Positions 9,500 to 21,227 are shown, counted from the first letter of the stretch. The stretch is 64,000 nucleotides of DNA from an uncultured bacterium (GCA_963825135.1 CAWGRW010000009.1:1344001-1408000); one strand, 5' to 3'. Numbers and translations: made by a program. The notes: generated by a model not told the origin, from the letters alone.

Positions 9500-10055
9500 T
9501 CTGATCTCCCTGTTTTTCGGATTGTCTCTCCAGCAGCTTCACGTATTCTCGTTCCGTAATAATATCCCTGTTCGATTCGAGCCGGTCCGTGAACAGGACA
9601 CCGTTTAAGTGGTCATACTCGTGCTGGAATATCCTGGCGATAAAATCAGAGAGCTCCGCCTCTTCTTTTTTCCCGTCCCTCGAAATATACTTCACTCGTA
9701 TTACCTTATGGCGCGGCACGAGCCCCCTTAAGCCCGGAATACTGAGACACCCCTCCCAGCCCTTTACGGTCTCACCTGAGTATGAAATTATTTCGGGGTT
9801 GATTACCGCTGTCGGCTCCATTTCGGGCGCGTTCGGATACCGCATGTTCGGGCTGGAAGACATTATGAATATGCGTTTTGGAATATTCACCTGAGGGGCG
9901 GCGATACCGACGCCGTTCGCGTTGATCCCCGTCGCGATAAGGTCGTCTATAAATTCCTGCACTGCGGGGTCGTGTACGTCCTCGACCTCGGACGCCCTCT
10001 CCCTGAGCACGGGATTCCCCATCTCCGCGATTTCCAGAATTCTTGTCGGGTGCAT
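9489..10055 (-). CDS. def: Peptide deformylase
   Basis: GVGIAAPQ, EGCLS and QHEYDHLNG motifs. Confidence 0.95.
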   Translation of the reverse strand: MHPTRILEIAEMGNPVLRERASEVEDVHDPAVQEFIDDLIATGINANGVGIAAPQVNIPKRIFIMSSSPNMRYPNAPEMEPTAVINPEIISYSGETVKGWEGCLSIPGLRGLVPRHKVIRVKYISRDGKKEEAELSDFIARIFQHEYDHLNGVLFTDRLESNRDIITEREYVKLLERQSEKQGDQNDP

Positions 10056-10172
10056 TTTATCGTGAATGAATTACTTCTTCCTTATAACGACTAATTTTAC
10101 CAAATAATACCGGCAAATTATAATAAGAGTCCGGGGGGTCGTCCTCGGGGGTAAGTACCGCAGGGTCATTTT

Positions 10173-11672
10173 ATGAATCGGATAGAGCTGATAGATAGAC
10201 TGAATTCCTTCCGGGATCGCATCGCGGTAACTGATTACAGAGGGTCTTACACCTACGAAGACCTGCTTGTATCCTCCGCCCGGGCCGCGTCGAACCTTCT
10301 CGCGGGAGACGAAGATTTAAGAGAAAAGCGAGTAGCATATCTCATACCGTCCGGCTTCGACTATGTAGCGGTAATGCTCGGAGTATGGCGGGCGGGGGGC
10401 ATTGCCGTGCCCCTGTGCGTCTCCCATCCCGACCCCGAGCTCGAATACGTCCTCGGGGACTCCGGCGCCGGGGTCCTGATCGCGTCCCCCGAGTTCGAAG
10501 ACAGGCTGAGGAGGCTCGCCGGTCGGATAAACGCGAGGTTCTTAGGGACAGCCGAGGCGCTATCTCCTCGTGATCTGTCTTTGCCGCGGGTCGGCGAGGA
10601 CAGGAGGGCGATGATAATTTATACGAGCGGGACCACGAACAGGCCGAAGGGCGTCGTCACGACGCACGGGAACATCAAGGCCCAGATCGGGTCTCTCGCG
10701 GAGGCCTGGGAGTGGTCTCAGGATGATTTCATCCTCAACGTGCTTCCCCTCCATCACCTCCACGGCATCCTGAACGCGCTCCTCTGCGCGCTCTCGGCAG
10801 GTGCGCACTGCGAGATGATGCGCGGATTCGATTCCCGGCAGGTATGGGAGAAATTTATGGAGAACGAATACACTCTGTTCATGGCCGTCCCGACGATCTA
10901 TACGAGGCTAATCCGCTCATGGGACGAGGCGGGGGATGAGGCGAGGAAAAGGATGAGCGCTGCCTGCCGGAGGATGCGTTTGATGGTTTCAGGCTCTGCG
11001 GCTTTACCCGTGAGCACGCTTGAGAGATGGCTCGGGATAAGCGGGCGCGTTCTTCTCGAAAGGTACGGGATGACCGAGATCGGCATGGCTCTTTCGAACC
11101 CCCTCCGTGGAGAAAGACAGCCGGGGCGCGTGGGCGGACCCCTGCCCGGGGTGGAGGTCGAGCTGATCGACGAGGATGGGCGCATCGCTGCGGGCGAGGG
11201 CCAGGGCGAGATTATAGTGCGGGGCCGCAACGTCTTCCTCGAATATTGGAATAATCCGGAGGCCACGCGCGAAGCCTTTATAGAAGGGCGGTGGTTTAAG
11301 ACCGGCGACCTCGCCGAGAAGAGCGTGGACGGTACGTACAGGATACTCGGCAGGAATTCGGTCGATATCATAAAGACAGGCGGGTACAAGATTTCGGCGC
11401 TCGAAATAGAGGAGGTCCTGAGAGGTCACCCTTATATAGAAGAGTGCGCTGTCGTCGGGCTCCCGGACGATGAGTGGGGCGAGAGGGTCTGCGCCGCCCT
11501 CGTCCTCACGGACGGGCACGACGTGAGTCCCGAGTCCCTCAGGGAATGGTGCAGGGAGAGGCTGGCGCCATACAAAATCCCTTCGAGGATTTTAGTGGTC
11601 AAAGAGCTTCCCCGTAACCAGATGGGCAAGGTTACAAAGCCCGAAGTCATTGAATTATTCAAATCTGTTTAG
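10173..11672 (+). CDS. Acyl-CoA synthetase, malonyl-CoA synthetase (MatB/ACSF3)-like
   Basis: YTSGTTNRPKG, LERYGMTE, WFKTGD, GGYKIS..EIE, PRNQMGKV. Confidence 0.85.
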   Translation: MNRIELIDRLNSFRDRIAVTDYRGSYTYEDLLVSSARAASNLLAGDEDLREKRVAYLIPSGFDYVAVMLGVWRAGGIAVPLCVSHPDPELEYVLGDSGAGVLIASPEFEDRLRRLAGRINARFLGTAEALSPRDLSLPRVGEDRRAMIIYTSGTTNRPKGVVTTHGNIKAQIGSLAEAWEWSQDDFILNVLPLHHLHGILNALLCALSAGAHCEMMRGFDSRQVWEKFMENEYTLFMAVPTIYTRLIRSWDEAGDEARKRMSAACRRMRLMVSGSAALPVSTLERWLGISGRVLLERYGMTEIGMALSNPLRGERQPGRVGGPLPGVEVELIDEDGRIAAGEGQGEIIVRGRNVFLEYWNNPEATREAFIEGRWFKTGDLAEKSVDGTYRILGRNSVDIIKTGGYKISALEIEEVLRGHPYIEECAVVGLPDDEWGERVCAALVLTDGHDVSPESLREWCRERLAPYKIPSRILVVKELPRNQMGKVTKPEVIELFKSV

Positions 11673-11796
11673 ACCGTGCGCCGGCAACGATCCGACCGGC
11701 CTGAGAAATGAAGTTATATTAAAATGAGATCCGGATATGTATAATATTCGTATGGTGTTAAAGGGCACGAAGAGGGTGTAACAGGGGGCTCAAATA

Positions 11797-12513
11797 ATGA
11801 AAATTAAACTTTTATCCTCTATAGTTTTGGCGTTAATCGTGATTTCATTTCCCTTTTGGACTGAGGGGCAGAATTTAGGCTCGAAAAGCGGAAATCTCGG
11901 TCAAAAAGTGGGGCGGTCGAAACAGGTTACGAATAACAAAAACCAACCCAATAATATTGCCGGAAAAAACGTTGACCGTAACCCCGGTCAGGAGCAGGGG
12001 TTCAATAACAATTTCAACAAAAACCATAATAACGGGCATGATTTTTCTGACAATATGGACCATCCGCACGACGGTCATGATAAATGGCATGGCGATAATC
12101 AGCACCACAAACGCCCTCATAAATTTAATCCCCTCTATGCCCCGTACTACTATTTTGGGTACAACGGCTATGCGCCTTACACGAACTATTATGCTTATGC
12201 GGACCCTGACTATCCGCTCGGTTACGGAACTACGCTCGGCACCACTCTCGAAAGGCCGAGCAACCTGGAAGTAAATCAGTTCGGTCAGGACTCACCTGCT
12301 CCCGCGGAATACCAGCAGGATAATTCGGATGCCGGGTATGTGAATACTGATTCTCCCGAGAAGGACGTTGTCGATTACTACAACCCTCCGCCTGCGGAAG
12401 AGCAAACCATTTATGTATGGGTCGACGAGAGCGGGGTCAGGAATTATGTGAATGACCTCGACTTCGTACCTGTGAGATACAGGGACGTAGTCACGACCTT
12501 TGGGGCCGAATAA
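11797..12513 (+). CDS. Secreted low-complexity protein with DUF4124-like C-terminus
   Basis: Signal peptide, Asn-, His- and Tyr-rich blocks, C-terminal IYVWVDESGVRNYVN...VP.RYR. Confidence 0.65.
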   Translation: MKIKLLSSIVLALIVISFPFWTEGQNLGSKSGNLGQKVGRSKQVTNNKNQPNNIAGKNVDRNPGQEQGFNNNFNKNHNNGHDFSDNMDHPHDGHDKWHGDNQHHKRPHKFNPLYAPYYYFGYNGYAPYTNYYAYADPDYPLGYGTTLGTTLERPSNLEVNQFGQDSPAPAEYQQDNSDAGYVNTDSPEKDVVDYYNPPPAEEQTIYVWVDESGVRNYVNDLDFVPVRYRDVVTTFGAE

Positions 12514-12718
12514 CTGCCGCTCGGCGATAAACCCGAAATTCTCGAGTTTTTCTCCTTCCCGATAATTTATTTCTGTAATCCTTCGGAAAAATAATAATTC
12601 TAATTGACTGGTCCCGTTGACGCGCCCCGGGCTCGAATCGTCCGTTCGCGGAGGGACCTCCCGAATATTTACCCCCCGCATTATTGACAATCCCATCCTG
12701 AGTTGTTAAACAATTAGT

Positions 12719-13810
12719 GTGAAATTGAAGAGAACGGCGATGTTCCCCATCCACCGGCAGCTGGGAGCGAGGATAGTCGAGTTTGCCGGATGGGAGATGC
12801 CCGTTCAATACGAGGGCCTCAGGGAAGAGCATCTCGCTGTGAGACGAAGCGCGGGGCTTTTCGATGTGAGCCATATGGGCGAGATAGAGATTAGGGGAAA
12901 GGAAGCCGAGCTCTTCTGCCAGCGGATAACCACAAACGACGTCTCCGGCGTTAAGGATTTGCAGGCTCAGTACACGTTATTCTGCAACCATACCGGCGGG
13001 GTAGTGGACGACGTGATTTTATACAAGCTCTCTGACGAGCATTATATATTCTGCGTAAATGCATCGAATACGGCCAAAGACTACGACTGGATAATCGGGG
13101 CCAATGACAATTATGACGTGGAGATCGAGGACAGGAGCCCCGAATTCTCCCAGATCGCGTTACAGGGTCCGCGCTCGGAGGATATTTTATCGAGATGCCT
13201 GTCCGCAGGCCTCGGTTCGTTGAGGAGGTTTCATTTTCTTCCTTATTCGTGGCATGGTATGGAGCTGATAATTGCGAGGACAGGGTATACAGGGGAGGAC
13301 GGGTTCGAGATATTTTCACCCTGGGAGGGGGGCGTCGAGCTCTGGAACGGCATAACGGAGGCCGGTGGGCCCGACGTCAAGCCCTGCGGGCTTGGGGCTC
13401 GCGACACGCTCAGGATCGATATGGGTTACTCTCTTTACGGGCACGAGATAAATGACGAGGTCAACCCCTTCGAGGCCGGTCTCGGAAGGTACGTGAAGAT
13501 GGACTCGGGCGAATTTATCGGCAAAGAGGCGCTTGACCGGGCGCTCGCGGAGGGGATTAAGCGCCGGATATACGGGTTTGAAATGATTGACCGGGGAATA
13601 CCGAGAGAGGGGTACGGGGTGTTTAAAGACAACGTACGGATAGGTACGGTTACAAGCGGCACTTTGTCCCCGAGCCTTGAAAAATCTATAGGGATGGGTT
13701 ATCTAACAAGTGATGTCGAAATCGGCGACACAATAACAATCGAGATTAGGGCTACTTACAGGGAGGCGAGGGCGGTTAAAATTCCCTTCTACAAAAAGGA
13801 TGCTAATTAA
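12719..13810 (+). CDS. gcvT: Glycine cleavage aminomethyltransferase T
   Basis: FAGWEMPVQY, GLFDVSHMGE, RTGYTGEDGFE, GLGARDTLR, VTSGT.SP. Confidence 0.95.
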   Translation: MKLKRTAMFPIHRQLGARIVEFAGWEMPVQYEGLREEHLAVRRSAGLFDVSHMGEIEIRGKEAELFCQRITTNDVSGVKDLQAQYTLFCNHTGGVVDDVILYKLSDEHYIFCVNASNTAKDYDWIIGANDNYDVEIEDRSPEFSQIALQGPRSEDILSRCLSAGLGSLRRFHFLPYSWHGMELIIARTGYTGEDGFEIFSPWEGGVELWNGITEAGGPDVKPCGLGARDTLRIDMGYSLYGHEINDEVNPFEAGLGRYVKMDSGEFIGKEALDRALAEGIKRRIYGFEMIDRGIPREGYGVFKDNVRIGTVTSGTLSPSLEKSIGMGYLTSDVEIGDTITIEIRATYREARAVKIPFYKKDAN

Positions 13811-13822
13811 GGAGATCTGACG

Positions 13823-14218
13823 ATGGTGCAAATACCGGATGAGCTTAAATATACCACTGACCACGAGTGGGCGATGGAAGAAGGAGATTTGCTCGTGATC
13901 GGTATTACGGATTACGCGCAGGACGCTCTCGGCGAGATCGTCTATATCGAGCTTCCCAGCGAGGGAGACGAAATAACCAAGGGCGACCCGTTCGGCGCCG
14001 TGGAATCGACCAAGGCCGTGTCCGATCTCTATGCCCCGGTGAGCGGCGACGTGGTGGAAGTGAACGAGGTGCTTCTCGACTCTCCCGAAATTATTAACGG
14101 AGACCCTTACGGAGAGGGGTGGATGATCAAGGTGAGGCCTTACGATCCGAACGAGCTAAAGGATTTGATGAATTTCGAGGATTATGCGGAATATGTAGAG
14201 AAGGAAATGGAAGAATAG
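13823..14218 (+). CDS. gcvH: Glycine cleavage H protein
   Basis: DHEW, GITDYAQDALG, lipoyl-Lys motif VESTKAVSD, DPYGEGW. Confidence 0.95.
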   Translation: MVQIPDELKYTTDHEWAMEEGDLLVIGITDYAQDALGEIVYIELPSEGDEITKGDPFGAVESTKAVSDLYAPVSGDVVEVNEVLLDSPEIINGDPYGEGWMIKVRPYDPNELKDLMNFEDYAEYVEKEMEE

Positions 14219-14333
14219 AATTGAAAGACAGGTTCCTGCCGTACTTTGCTTTCGGGCATCCGGCTCGAATCCGTACATTCGGACAATTTCCCTGCGTTAA
14301 TTAATATAAATTCTGGTTTATTTCGCAACGCTT

Positions 14334-17234
14334 ATGAAAACTCCCAAGGACGGATACCGTACATTTGCGGACAGACACATCGGCCCGGACCGGGCGGAGC
14401 TCGGCGAGATGCTCGACGCGGTCGGCGCCGGGTCCCTGGATGAGCTGATAGAAGAGACGGTCCCGTCGTCCATCAGACTGAAAAAACAATTGAACCTCCC
14501 TGAGGGAGTAAGCGAGTTCGCTCTCCTCGAGGATTTAAAAAAGATAGCGGACGGGAACAAGGTCTATAAGTCGTACATCGGACTCGGTTATTACGACTGC
14601 GTCACGCCCGGGGTGATACAGAGGAATGTACTCGAGAGCCCCGGCTGGTATACGCAGTACACGCCTTACCAGGCCGAGATTTCACAGGGACGCCTTGAAG
14701 CCCTCCTTAATTTCCAGACCATGATCGTGGACCTCACGGGCATGGACATCGCGAACGCCTCTCTGCTCGACGAGGGGACGGCCGCTGCGGAGGCCATGAC
14801 CATGCTCCACCGCGTCGCCGATAAGAAATCGGACGCCGCCTCGAACGTTTTCTTCGTTTCCGATAAATGTTTTCCCCAGACCATCGATGTCCTCAGGTCC
14901 CGCGCCGCGCCCCTCGGGATCAGCCTCGTTGTCGGAGACCACAACGAGTTCGAATTCGGCGGCGGGGTGTTCGGCGCGCTCGTTCAGTATCCCGATTCGG
15001 ACGGCGGGGTTTGCGACTATTCGGATTTTATACGCGTGGCCCATGAACGGGGCGCGCTCGTGGCCGTGGCCGCGGACCTCCTCGGGCTCTCTCTCCTTAA
15101 ACCGCCCGGCGAGTTCGGGGCCGATGCGGTGGTCGGCTCGGCGCAGAGATTCGGCGTACCTCTCGGGTTCGGCGGACCCCACGCGGCCTATTTCACGACG
15201 CGCGAGGAATACGCGCGTCAGATGCCGGGCAGGATTATAGGGGTTTCGATCGACTCTCACGGAAACCCCGCCTACAGAATGGCCCTTCAGACGAGGGAGC
15301 AGCACATAAGAAGGGAGAAAGCGACCTCGAACATCTGCACCGCGCAGGCGCTCCTCGCCATCATGGCCTCGATGTACGCCGTTTATCACGGACCGCGGGG
15401 ACTCCTCGCGATTGCCCGGAAAATCCACGACTCCGCGCGCGTTCTCGAACGCGAGCTCCGCAGGCTGGGCCTGAGCCAGAAGAACAGTCATTACTTCGAT
15501 ACATTGAAAATCGACCTCGGACAGGGTTCGGGGGATCTATTAAACAGGATAAGAGCGGCCGCCGAAAAGTCCCGCATAAATTTCAACTACATCGGCGGCG
15601 GTCATATAGGCATATCGCTCGACGAGACGACCGGGCGTGACGACCTCCTGAATATCGTCAGGGTCTTTTCGGGAGCGCTCGGCGCCGAGTCGGGCGCGGA
15701 CGGTATAAACATCGATCCCGGCGGGCCGGATTCGGCTCTCCCGCCCGGGCTCGCGCGCGATAGCGCTTTCCTGACGCATCCCGTGTTCAACCGCTATCAT
15801 TCGGAAACGCAGATGCTCAGGTATATAAAGAAACTCGAGCGCAAGGACCTTTCGCTCACCACGTCCATGATACCGCTCGGGTCCTGCACGATGAAGCTCA
15901 ATGCGACTTCGGAAATGATCCCTGTGACATGGCCCGGGTTCTCGAAGCTGCATCCCTTCGCGCCCGCGGATCAGACCCGCGGGTACTTGCGCATATTCAA
16001 AGAGCTCGAGGGCTTTTTATCCGTGATCACGGGGTTCCCCGCGGTTTCTCTCCAGCCCAATTCAGGGGCCCAGGGCGAGTATACGGGGCTGATGGTCATA
16101 AGGGCTTATTACAGGGACAGGGGCGAGAACGGGAGAAACGTCGCCCTCATCCCTTCCTCCGCGCACGGCACTAACCCCGCGAGCGCCGCTCTGGCCGGCA
16201 TGAGGGTGGTAGTCGTCGATTGCGACGACAGGGGGAACATCGACTTGGGCTCGCTCAGGAAAAAAGCGGAAGAACACAGGGACGAGCTCGCCGCTCTCAT
16301 GGTTACATACCCGTCGACGCACGGCGTCTTCGAGGAGAAAATTAAAGAGATATGCTCGATCGTCCACAAAAACGGCGGGCAGGTGTATATGGACGGGGCC
16401 AACATGAACGCTCAGGCGGGCTTGACGAACCCCTCGATGATAGGCGCCGATATCTGCCACATCAATCTGCACAAGACGTTCAGCATCCCTCACGGCGGCG
16501 GAGGCCCCGGAATGGGCCCGATATGCGCGCGCAGGCACCTCGCGCCGTACCTCCCCGGCCACCCGGTGGTAAAGACCGGGGGAGAGAAATCCATCCCCGC
16601 GGTGGCGTCCGCCCCCTGGGGCAGCGCCAGCATATTGCTCGTATCCTACGCCTATATCAGGATGCTCGGCAGGGACGGCGTTACGGACGCGACGAAATAC
16701 GCCATACTGAACGCCAACTATATAAAATCGAGACTCGAAAAAATTTATGACGTCCTTTATACGGGCTCACGCGGAAGGGTCGCTCACGAATTCATACTCG
16801 ATTTGAGACGGTTTAAAAGGGACGCGGGCATAGAGGTCGAGGACGTCGCGAAGAGGCTCATGGATTACGGCTTCCACGCCCCCACGGTCTCCTGGCCCGT
16901 CGCCGGGACCATGATGATAGAGCCCACCGAGAGCGAAGCGAAAGACGAGCTCGACCGGTTCTGCGACGCGCTGATCGCTATCGGCGAAGAGGTCAGGAAT
17001 ATCTCGGAAGGGACCGCCGACCGCGAGGACAACGTGCTCAAGAACGCCCCTCACACGGCAGGTGAAGCGGCGGGCGACAACTGGAGCCATCCCTATACCA
17101 GGAAAGAGGCCGTGTTCCCGCTTCCCTTCGTCGGGGAGAATAAGTTCTGGCCCCCCGTGGGCAGGATCAATAATCCCTACGGAGACAGGAACCTCGTCTG
17201 CACATGTCCGGGTGTTGAGGATTATCAAGAATAG
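14334..17234 (+). CDS. gcvP: Glycine dehydrogenase (single-chain P protein)
   Basis: [55 protein letters not shown]. Confidence 0.97.
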   Translation: MKTPKDGYRTFADRHIGPDRAELGEMLDAVGAGSLDELIEETVPSSIRLKKQLNLPEGVSEFALLEDLKKIADGNKVYKSYIGLGYYDCVTPGVIQRNVLESPGWYTQYTPYQAEISQGRLEALLNFQTMIVDLTGMDIANASLLDEGTAAAEAMTMLHRVADKKSDAASNVFFVSDKCFPQTIDVLRSRAAPLGISLVVGDHNEFEFGGGVFGALVQYPDSDGGVCDYSDFIRVAHERGALVAVAADLLGLSLLKPPGEFGADAVVGSAQRFGVPLGFGGPHAAYFTTREEYARQMPGRIIGVSIDSHGNPAYRMALQTREQHIRREKATSNICTAQALLAIMASMYAVYHGPRGLLAIARKIHDSARVLERELRRLGLSQKNSHYFDTLKIDLGQGSGDLLNRIRAAAEKSRINFNYIGGGHIGISLDETTGRDDLLNIVRVFSGALGAESGADGINIDPGGPDSALPPGLARDSAFLTHPVFNRYHSETQMLRYIKKLERKDLSLTTSMIPLGSCTMKLNATSEMIPVTWPGFSKLHPFAPADQTRGYLRIFKELEGFLSVITGFPAVSLQPNSGAQGEYTGLMVIRAYYRDRGENGRNVALIPSSAHGTNPASAALAGMRVVVVDCDDRGNIDLGSLRKKAEEHRDELAALMVTYPSTHGVFEEKIKEICSIVHKNGGQVYMDGANMNAQAGLTNPSMIGADICHINLHKTFSIPHGGGGPGMGPICARRHLAPYLPGHPVVKTGGEKSIPAVASAPWGSASILLVSYAYIRMLGRDGVTDATKYAILNANYIKSRLEKIYDVLYTGSRGRVAHEFILDLRRFKRDAGIEVEDVAKRLMDYGFHAPTVSWPVAGTMMIEPTESEAKDELDRFCDALIAIGEEVRNISEGTADREDNVLKNAPHTAGEAAGDNWSHPYTRKEAVFPLPFVGENKFWPPVGRINNPYGDRNLVCTCPGVEDYQE

Positions 17235-17277
17235 CTGCGGCCATCGGGCCCTTACTCTTCCCGGGATTCCCCCATAC

Positions 17278-18165
17278 TCACTTCTTATCGTTGATTACGG
17301 ATTCGACGTTAATGAACGGGATCGTCTCTCCTCCCGTGAACTTCGGGAGCGTGCCGTCCCATTTCTCGGACAGCCTCAGCTGAATTAGTTCCGGGTTGTT
17401 CTTAAGCGCCTTGGCTTCCCGCTCTATCGCGTCCGCCTTGGCTTTCGATCTGGCCTCGATATCGTAAGCCGCGCCGTCCGCAGCGAGTTTTTGTTCCTGG
17501 TATGCGGCTTCGGCCTGGGTGACTCGCTTGGTCTTTTCGTTCTTGGCCTGCAGCGCCTCCTGCTCTGCCTTGACCTTAAGCTCGATCGCCCTGTTGAACT
17601 CGTCCGAGAATTCAAAATCGGTAATTGCGACGTTTGAGATCTTGAGTGCCGTCGGGACGTTCTTATCCTTCAAGGTCACGTCGATGAAGTTGTCTATCGC
17701 CTCCTGTATCTGGAGCTTGACCTCCGCCCGCTTGGTTACCAGCTGCTCCGCGGTGTATTGAGCCGTTATCGCCTTTACGGATTCCTGTATGGCGGGCTCT
17801 ATCACTGTCGCGGCCACCACGTCGCGGTTCCCTATTTTCTGAAAGGTCTCCGGAGCGGCCGGACCCATGATCGAGTACTGCACCGTCACCTGGGTCTCCA
17901 CCGTCTGCAGGTCCTTTGAAGCGGCCGCCGATTTCGACTGCGCCTTCGTCAGCCTGATATCCACCTGCTCGATATTATCCACGAACGGTTTCTTTAAATG
18001 GAACCCCTCGGAAAGCGGGATCGGCTGCACCGCTCCGAGCGTCCTTATGACGCCCACGTGGCCGCTGTCGACGATTACGAACGAGCTCGTGGCCAGAATA
18101 ATTATTACGATGATCAATATCGGGTATATGAAATTTATATTTTGCAGACCCGGTCTTAACGACAT
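17278..18165 (-). CDS. Prohibitin/SPFH (band 7) family membrane protein
   Basis: N-terminal TM segment, GHVGV...EGFHLK.PF, SKDLQ, FS.EFNRAIE.K..AEQ, C-terminal coiled coil. Confidence 0.85.
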   Translation of the reverse strand: MSLRPGLQNINFIYPILIIVIIILATSSFVIVDSGHVGVIRTLGAVQPIPLSEGFHLKKPFVDNIEQVDIRLTKAQSKSAAASKDLQTVETQVTVQYSIMGPAAPETFQKIGNRDVVAATVIEPAIQESVKAITAQYTAEQLVTKRAEVKLQIQEAIDNFIDVTLKDKNVPTALKISNVAITDFEFSDEFNRAIELKVKAEQEALQAKNEKTKRVTQAEAAYQEQKLAADGAAYDIEARSKAKADAIEREAKALKNNPELIQLRLSEKWDGTLPKFTGGETIPFINVESVINDKK

Positions 18166-18252
18166 GTTGAAGCCTCCCTTTGAATCTTGATCCTGCGCAT
18201 ATTAATATAGCTGGAATTCGGTTAACTCATTCGCGCGGTATTTCCTGAAGGG

Positions 18253-19947
18253 CTACCAGCTCCCGTCCAACACTCTGAGCCTAATGTCTTTTTTGCCGTT
18301 CCACTTGTTGAATTCCGGGGTGAATGCGAGATCGATCCTGCCCGGCAGCTCCGTGTCTCCGCCCGTGTTAAACCAGATCGCGTCGAATGACTTATTCCCT
18401 TGCCTCACTCTGAGGCCCATGTGCTTGTCCTTGAAGAGACGCTGCGAGACAAGCTCGACCGAGCGGGCGATTAACACGGGCTCGGGGTTCCCAATCCCGA
18501 AGGGCTCGAGCAGCCCGAATTCGGTGATGAGCGCGTCCGTGATCTGGTCGAGCTCCACCTCGCAGTCTATATTCAGCCTGGGCTCGTAAGCGTGGCCCGA
18601 GTCCGCGATCGATTTGTCGAACATCGACCTGAACCGCTCTATTTTTTCTTCCCTGATCGACAGCCCCGCCGCCTGCTCGTGTCCCCCGAACTGCTCGAAC
18701 AGCTCGCTGCATTCGGATAAGGCGCTGTATATGTTTACGCCCTCGACGCTCCGTCCCGATCCCTTTCCGAGTCCGTTCTTGTCGATCGCGATGAGGATCG
18801 CGGGCTTTTTGTACCTCTCGACGATCCTCGACGCCACGATCCCTATAATCCCCGGGTGCCACGCGCGTGAGGCGAGCACTATCGAACCTGCCTTTAGAAT
18901 TCCCGGCTCCGATTCGACCTGTCTGACCGCGTCGGCGAAAATTTCTCCTTCTATATTCTGCCTGCTCGAATTTTCCCGGCTGAGCGTTTTAGCGATTTCC
19001 CTCGCGAGCTCCATGTCGTCCGAAATAAACAGCTCGACCGCCTTCCCCGCGCTGCTCATCCTCCCCGATGCGTTTATACGGGGGCCGAGCTTGAAACCGA
19101 GGTCGTAAGAGTTCACGACGCCTGAGATGCTGCTCGCCTCCTTGAGCGCCAGCAGGCCAGTCCTCTTCGGGTTCTCCATCCTCTTTATTCCTTCCTTCAC
19201 GAATATACGGTTGACGTCCGTGAGCGGGGCGCAGTCGGCTACCGTCCCGAGGGCGACGAGATCGAGGTAATCAGCGAGGTTGGGCTCGCTCGTGCCGAAG
19301 AACCCGTCCTCCCGGAGCGCGCGTCTCAACGCGACCGCCAGGTTGAAAATCACGCCCACGCCCGCAATCGATTTCCCCGGATACCTGCAGTCTGAGAGCT
19401 GCGGGTTCAATATGGACACCGCGTCCGGAAGCTCCTGCGGGGGTTTATGGTGGTCGGTGACTATAAAATCCGCCCCGAGCCTCTTGGCTTCCTCCACCTC
19501 TCTTATCGCCGTTATTCCGCAGTCCCCGGATATGATAAGGGTCACTCCTTCACTAACCAGCTTTCTCACGGCCTCTATATTGACCCCGTATCCTTCCTTG
19601 AGCCTGTCCGGGTTATAGAAGACCACGTCCGCGCCTAGGTATTTAAGGAACGTATAGAAGAGTGCGGTCGACGTGACCCCGTCCACGTCGTAATCCCCGT
19701 ATATGGCGATTTTTTCCCTGCTCCCGATAGCGCGCTTAATCCTTTCGACGGCCTTCTCCATCCCTTTCATAAGGAAAGGGGAAGGGAGGTCGAAAAGCGT
19801 GCTGTTGAGGAAAAGGTTTGCCTCCGCTTCGTTCTCTATCCCCCTGTTTATTAGTATTTGAGCAGTAAGGGGCGAGATTTGAAGGTTTTTCGAAATCTTG
19901 TCCCTGAGCTTCGCGTTTTCTTTTCTTATCGTCCAGTGTTTCTTCAT
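18253..19947 (-). CDS. recJ: Single-stranded DNA exonuclease RecJ
   Basis: GDYDVDG, TDHH, ALGTVAD, PRINA.GR, GSGRS, GGH..AAG, EPFG.GNP. Confidence 0.95.
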   Translation of the reverse strand: MKKHWTIRKENAKLRDKISKNLQISPLTAQILINRGIENEAEANLFLNSTLFDLPSPFLMKGMEKAVERIKRAIGSREKIAIYGDYDVDGVTSTALFYTFLKYLGADVVFYNPDRLKEGYGVNIEAVRKLVSEGVTLIISGDCGITAIREVEEAKRLGADFIVTDHHKPPQELPDAVSILNPQLSDCRYPGKSIAGVGVIFNLAVALRRALREDGFFGTSEPNLADYLDLVALGTVADCAPLTDVNRIFVKEGIKRMENPKRTGLLALKEASSISGVVNSYDLGFKLGPRINASGRMSSAGKAVELFISDDMELAREIAKTLSRENSSRQNIEGEIFADAVRQVESEPGILKAGSIVLASRAWHPGIIGIVASRIVERYKKPAILIAIDKNGLGKGSGRSVEGVNIYSALSECSELFEQFGGHEQAAGLSIREEKIERFRSMFDKSIADSGHAYEPRLNIDCEVELDQITDALITEFGLLEPFGIGNPEPVLIARSVELVSQRLFKDKHMGLRVRQGNKSFDAIWFNTGGDTELPGRIDLAFTPEFNKWNGKKDIRLRVLDGSW

Positions 19948-20046
19948 AGAATTGGAAATCGTATAGTCGTGAATAATTCGATTAGGGCTGCGTGGGCGGA
20001 GAGGACGAGGCGCTCATTCTCACGATTGGCCGGCTGTATCGGATAT

Positions 20047-20493
20047 TCAGCTCGAATCCCGGCCCCTGAGGTGGTTCACAAGCCCTCTTAGTCCCAGGAT
20101 ATAGCTGTCGGCTCCGAAGCCGGATACGACTCCCACGGAAACACCCGAAATATAAGACTTCTGTCTGAAGTCTTCTCTTTTGTAAATATTCGAGAGATGG
20201 ACTTCGACCGCGGGCAGCCCCGCCGACAGTATGGCGTCGCGGATCGCGATGCTCGTGTGCGTATAGGCCCCGGGATTTATGAGGATTCCGTCAGATTTTT
20301 TCATGGCGTCCTGTATCCTGCCGACGATTTCCCCCTCGGAATTGGACTGGAACACTTCGGTCTTGACGCCGAGCCCCTTTGCCTCCTCCTTGAGGAGTCT
20401 GTTAATTTCCTGGAGCGTGCTGGCCCCGTAAATAGAGGGCTCGCGCTTTCCCAGCATGTTTAAGTTAGGTCCGTGTATTATCAGAATCTTCAT
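20047..20493 (-). CDS. aroQ: Type II 3-dehydroquinate dehydratase
   Basis: [31 protein letters not shown]. Confidence 0.95.
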   Translation of the reverse strand: MKILIIHGPNLNMLGKREPSIYGASTLQEINRLLKEEAKGLGVKTEVFQSNSEGEIVGRIQDAMKKSDGILINPGAYTHTSIAIRDAILSAGLPAVEVHLSNIYKREDFRQKSYISGVSVGVVSGFGADSYILGLRGLVNHLRGRDSS

Positions 20494-20501
20494 GTGCGCT
20501 T

Positions 20502-21227
20502 CTACTCTCCCGAGAGTAACCCCGCTCTTTTATTTATCATGTAGAGTCTCGATTTTCCGAGCTTCTTCCTGACCGTTTCGTTTCCGGGATCGCTCTCAAG
20601 CATCTTCTCCAGGACCCCGCACGCCTTTTCATAAAGCCCCTGGCCGAAGTAAAGATCGGCCATGGTCTCCGTGAACATCTCCTTCTCGTTTTTATTCGGA
20701 CCCGAGTCGAGCTCCTCGGGACTCTTCGATTCGAGAGCCCTTTTTATGCCTTCTCTGGCGGCCTGAAACTCCTTCTCCTTTTTTTCCGCGCGAGCGAGCT
20801 GGTCTCCGATCTCCCTGATCTCGGTCGCTATGGAGCCGTCGTGCGGATGGTACGCCGAAGCTGTTTTAAGCAGTTCAAGCGCCTTCTCGAAGGCCTCCTC
20901 GCTCCTGTGGATCTGTACGAGCATTTTACAGGCGGCGAGATTGTCGGGCGCCAGCTCCACGACGGCCCGGAATTCCCTCTTCGCCTGTTCTATGAGCCAC
21001 CTGTCGTAATAGATCTTTCCCAGCAGGAACCTGCCGGTTACGCTTTTCTTATTATATCTTAATCCGTTGATCAATACATTAATGGCCTTGTCCACTTTCC
21101 CCTGCTTATACAGGACCTGCGCGAGAAAAATAAAAGCGACCGACGAAGGGTCCTGAGACAGGATTCTCGCGTACTTTTCCTCGAATTTACCGAGTTCCTC
21201 TTCGGTCGAGCTGTTATCTTCGGTCAT
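20502..21227 (-). CDS. Tetratricopeptide repeat protein
   Basis: Several TPR-like helix pairs ([30 protein letters not shown]). Confidence 0.8.
   Translation of the reverse strand: MTEDNSSTEEELGKFEEKYARILSQDPSSVAFIFLAQVLYKQGKVDKAINVLINGLRYNKKSVTGRFLLGKIYYDRWLIEQAKREFRAVVELAPDNLAACKMLVQIHRSEEAFEKALELLKTASAYHPHDGSIATEIREIGDQLARAEKKEKEFQAAREGIKRALESKSPEELDSGPNKNEKEMFTETMADLYFGQGLYEKACGVLEKMLESDPGNETVRKKLGKSRLYMINKRAGLLSGE

Noticed and set aside
12514..12718. Glycine riboswitch upstream of gcvT
   Set aside because: No GGAGA...CCGAAG/CUCUCAGG elements, and a TTGACA lies only about 30 nt before the start codon
19948..20046. Possible ncRNA (SRP/6S) between aroQ and recJ
   Set aside because: Only an imperfect short stem, no SRP loop motif, and too short for 6S
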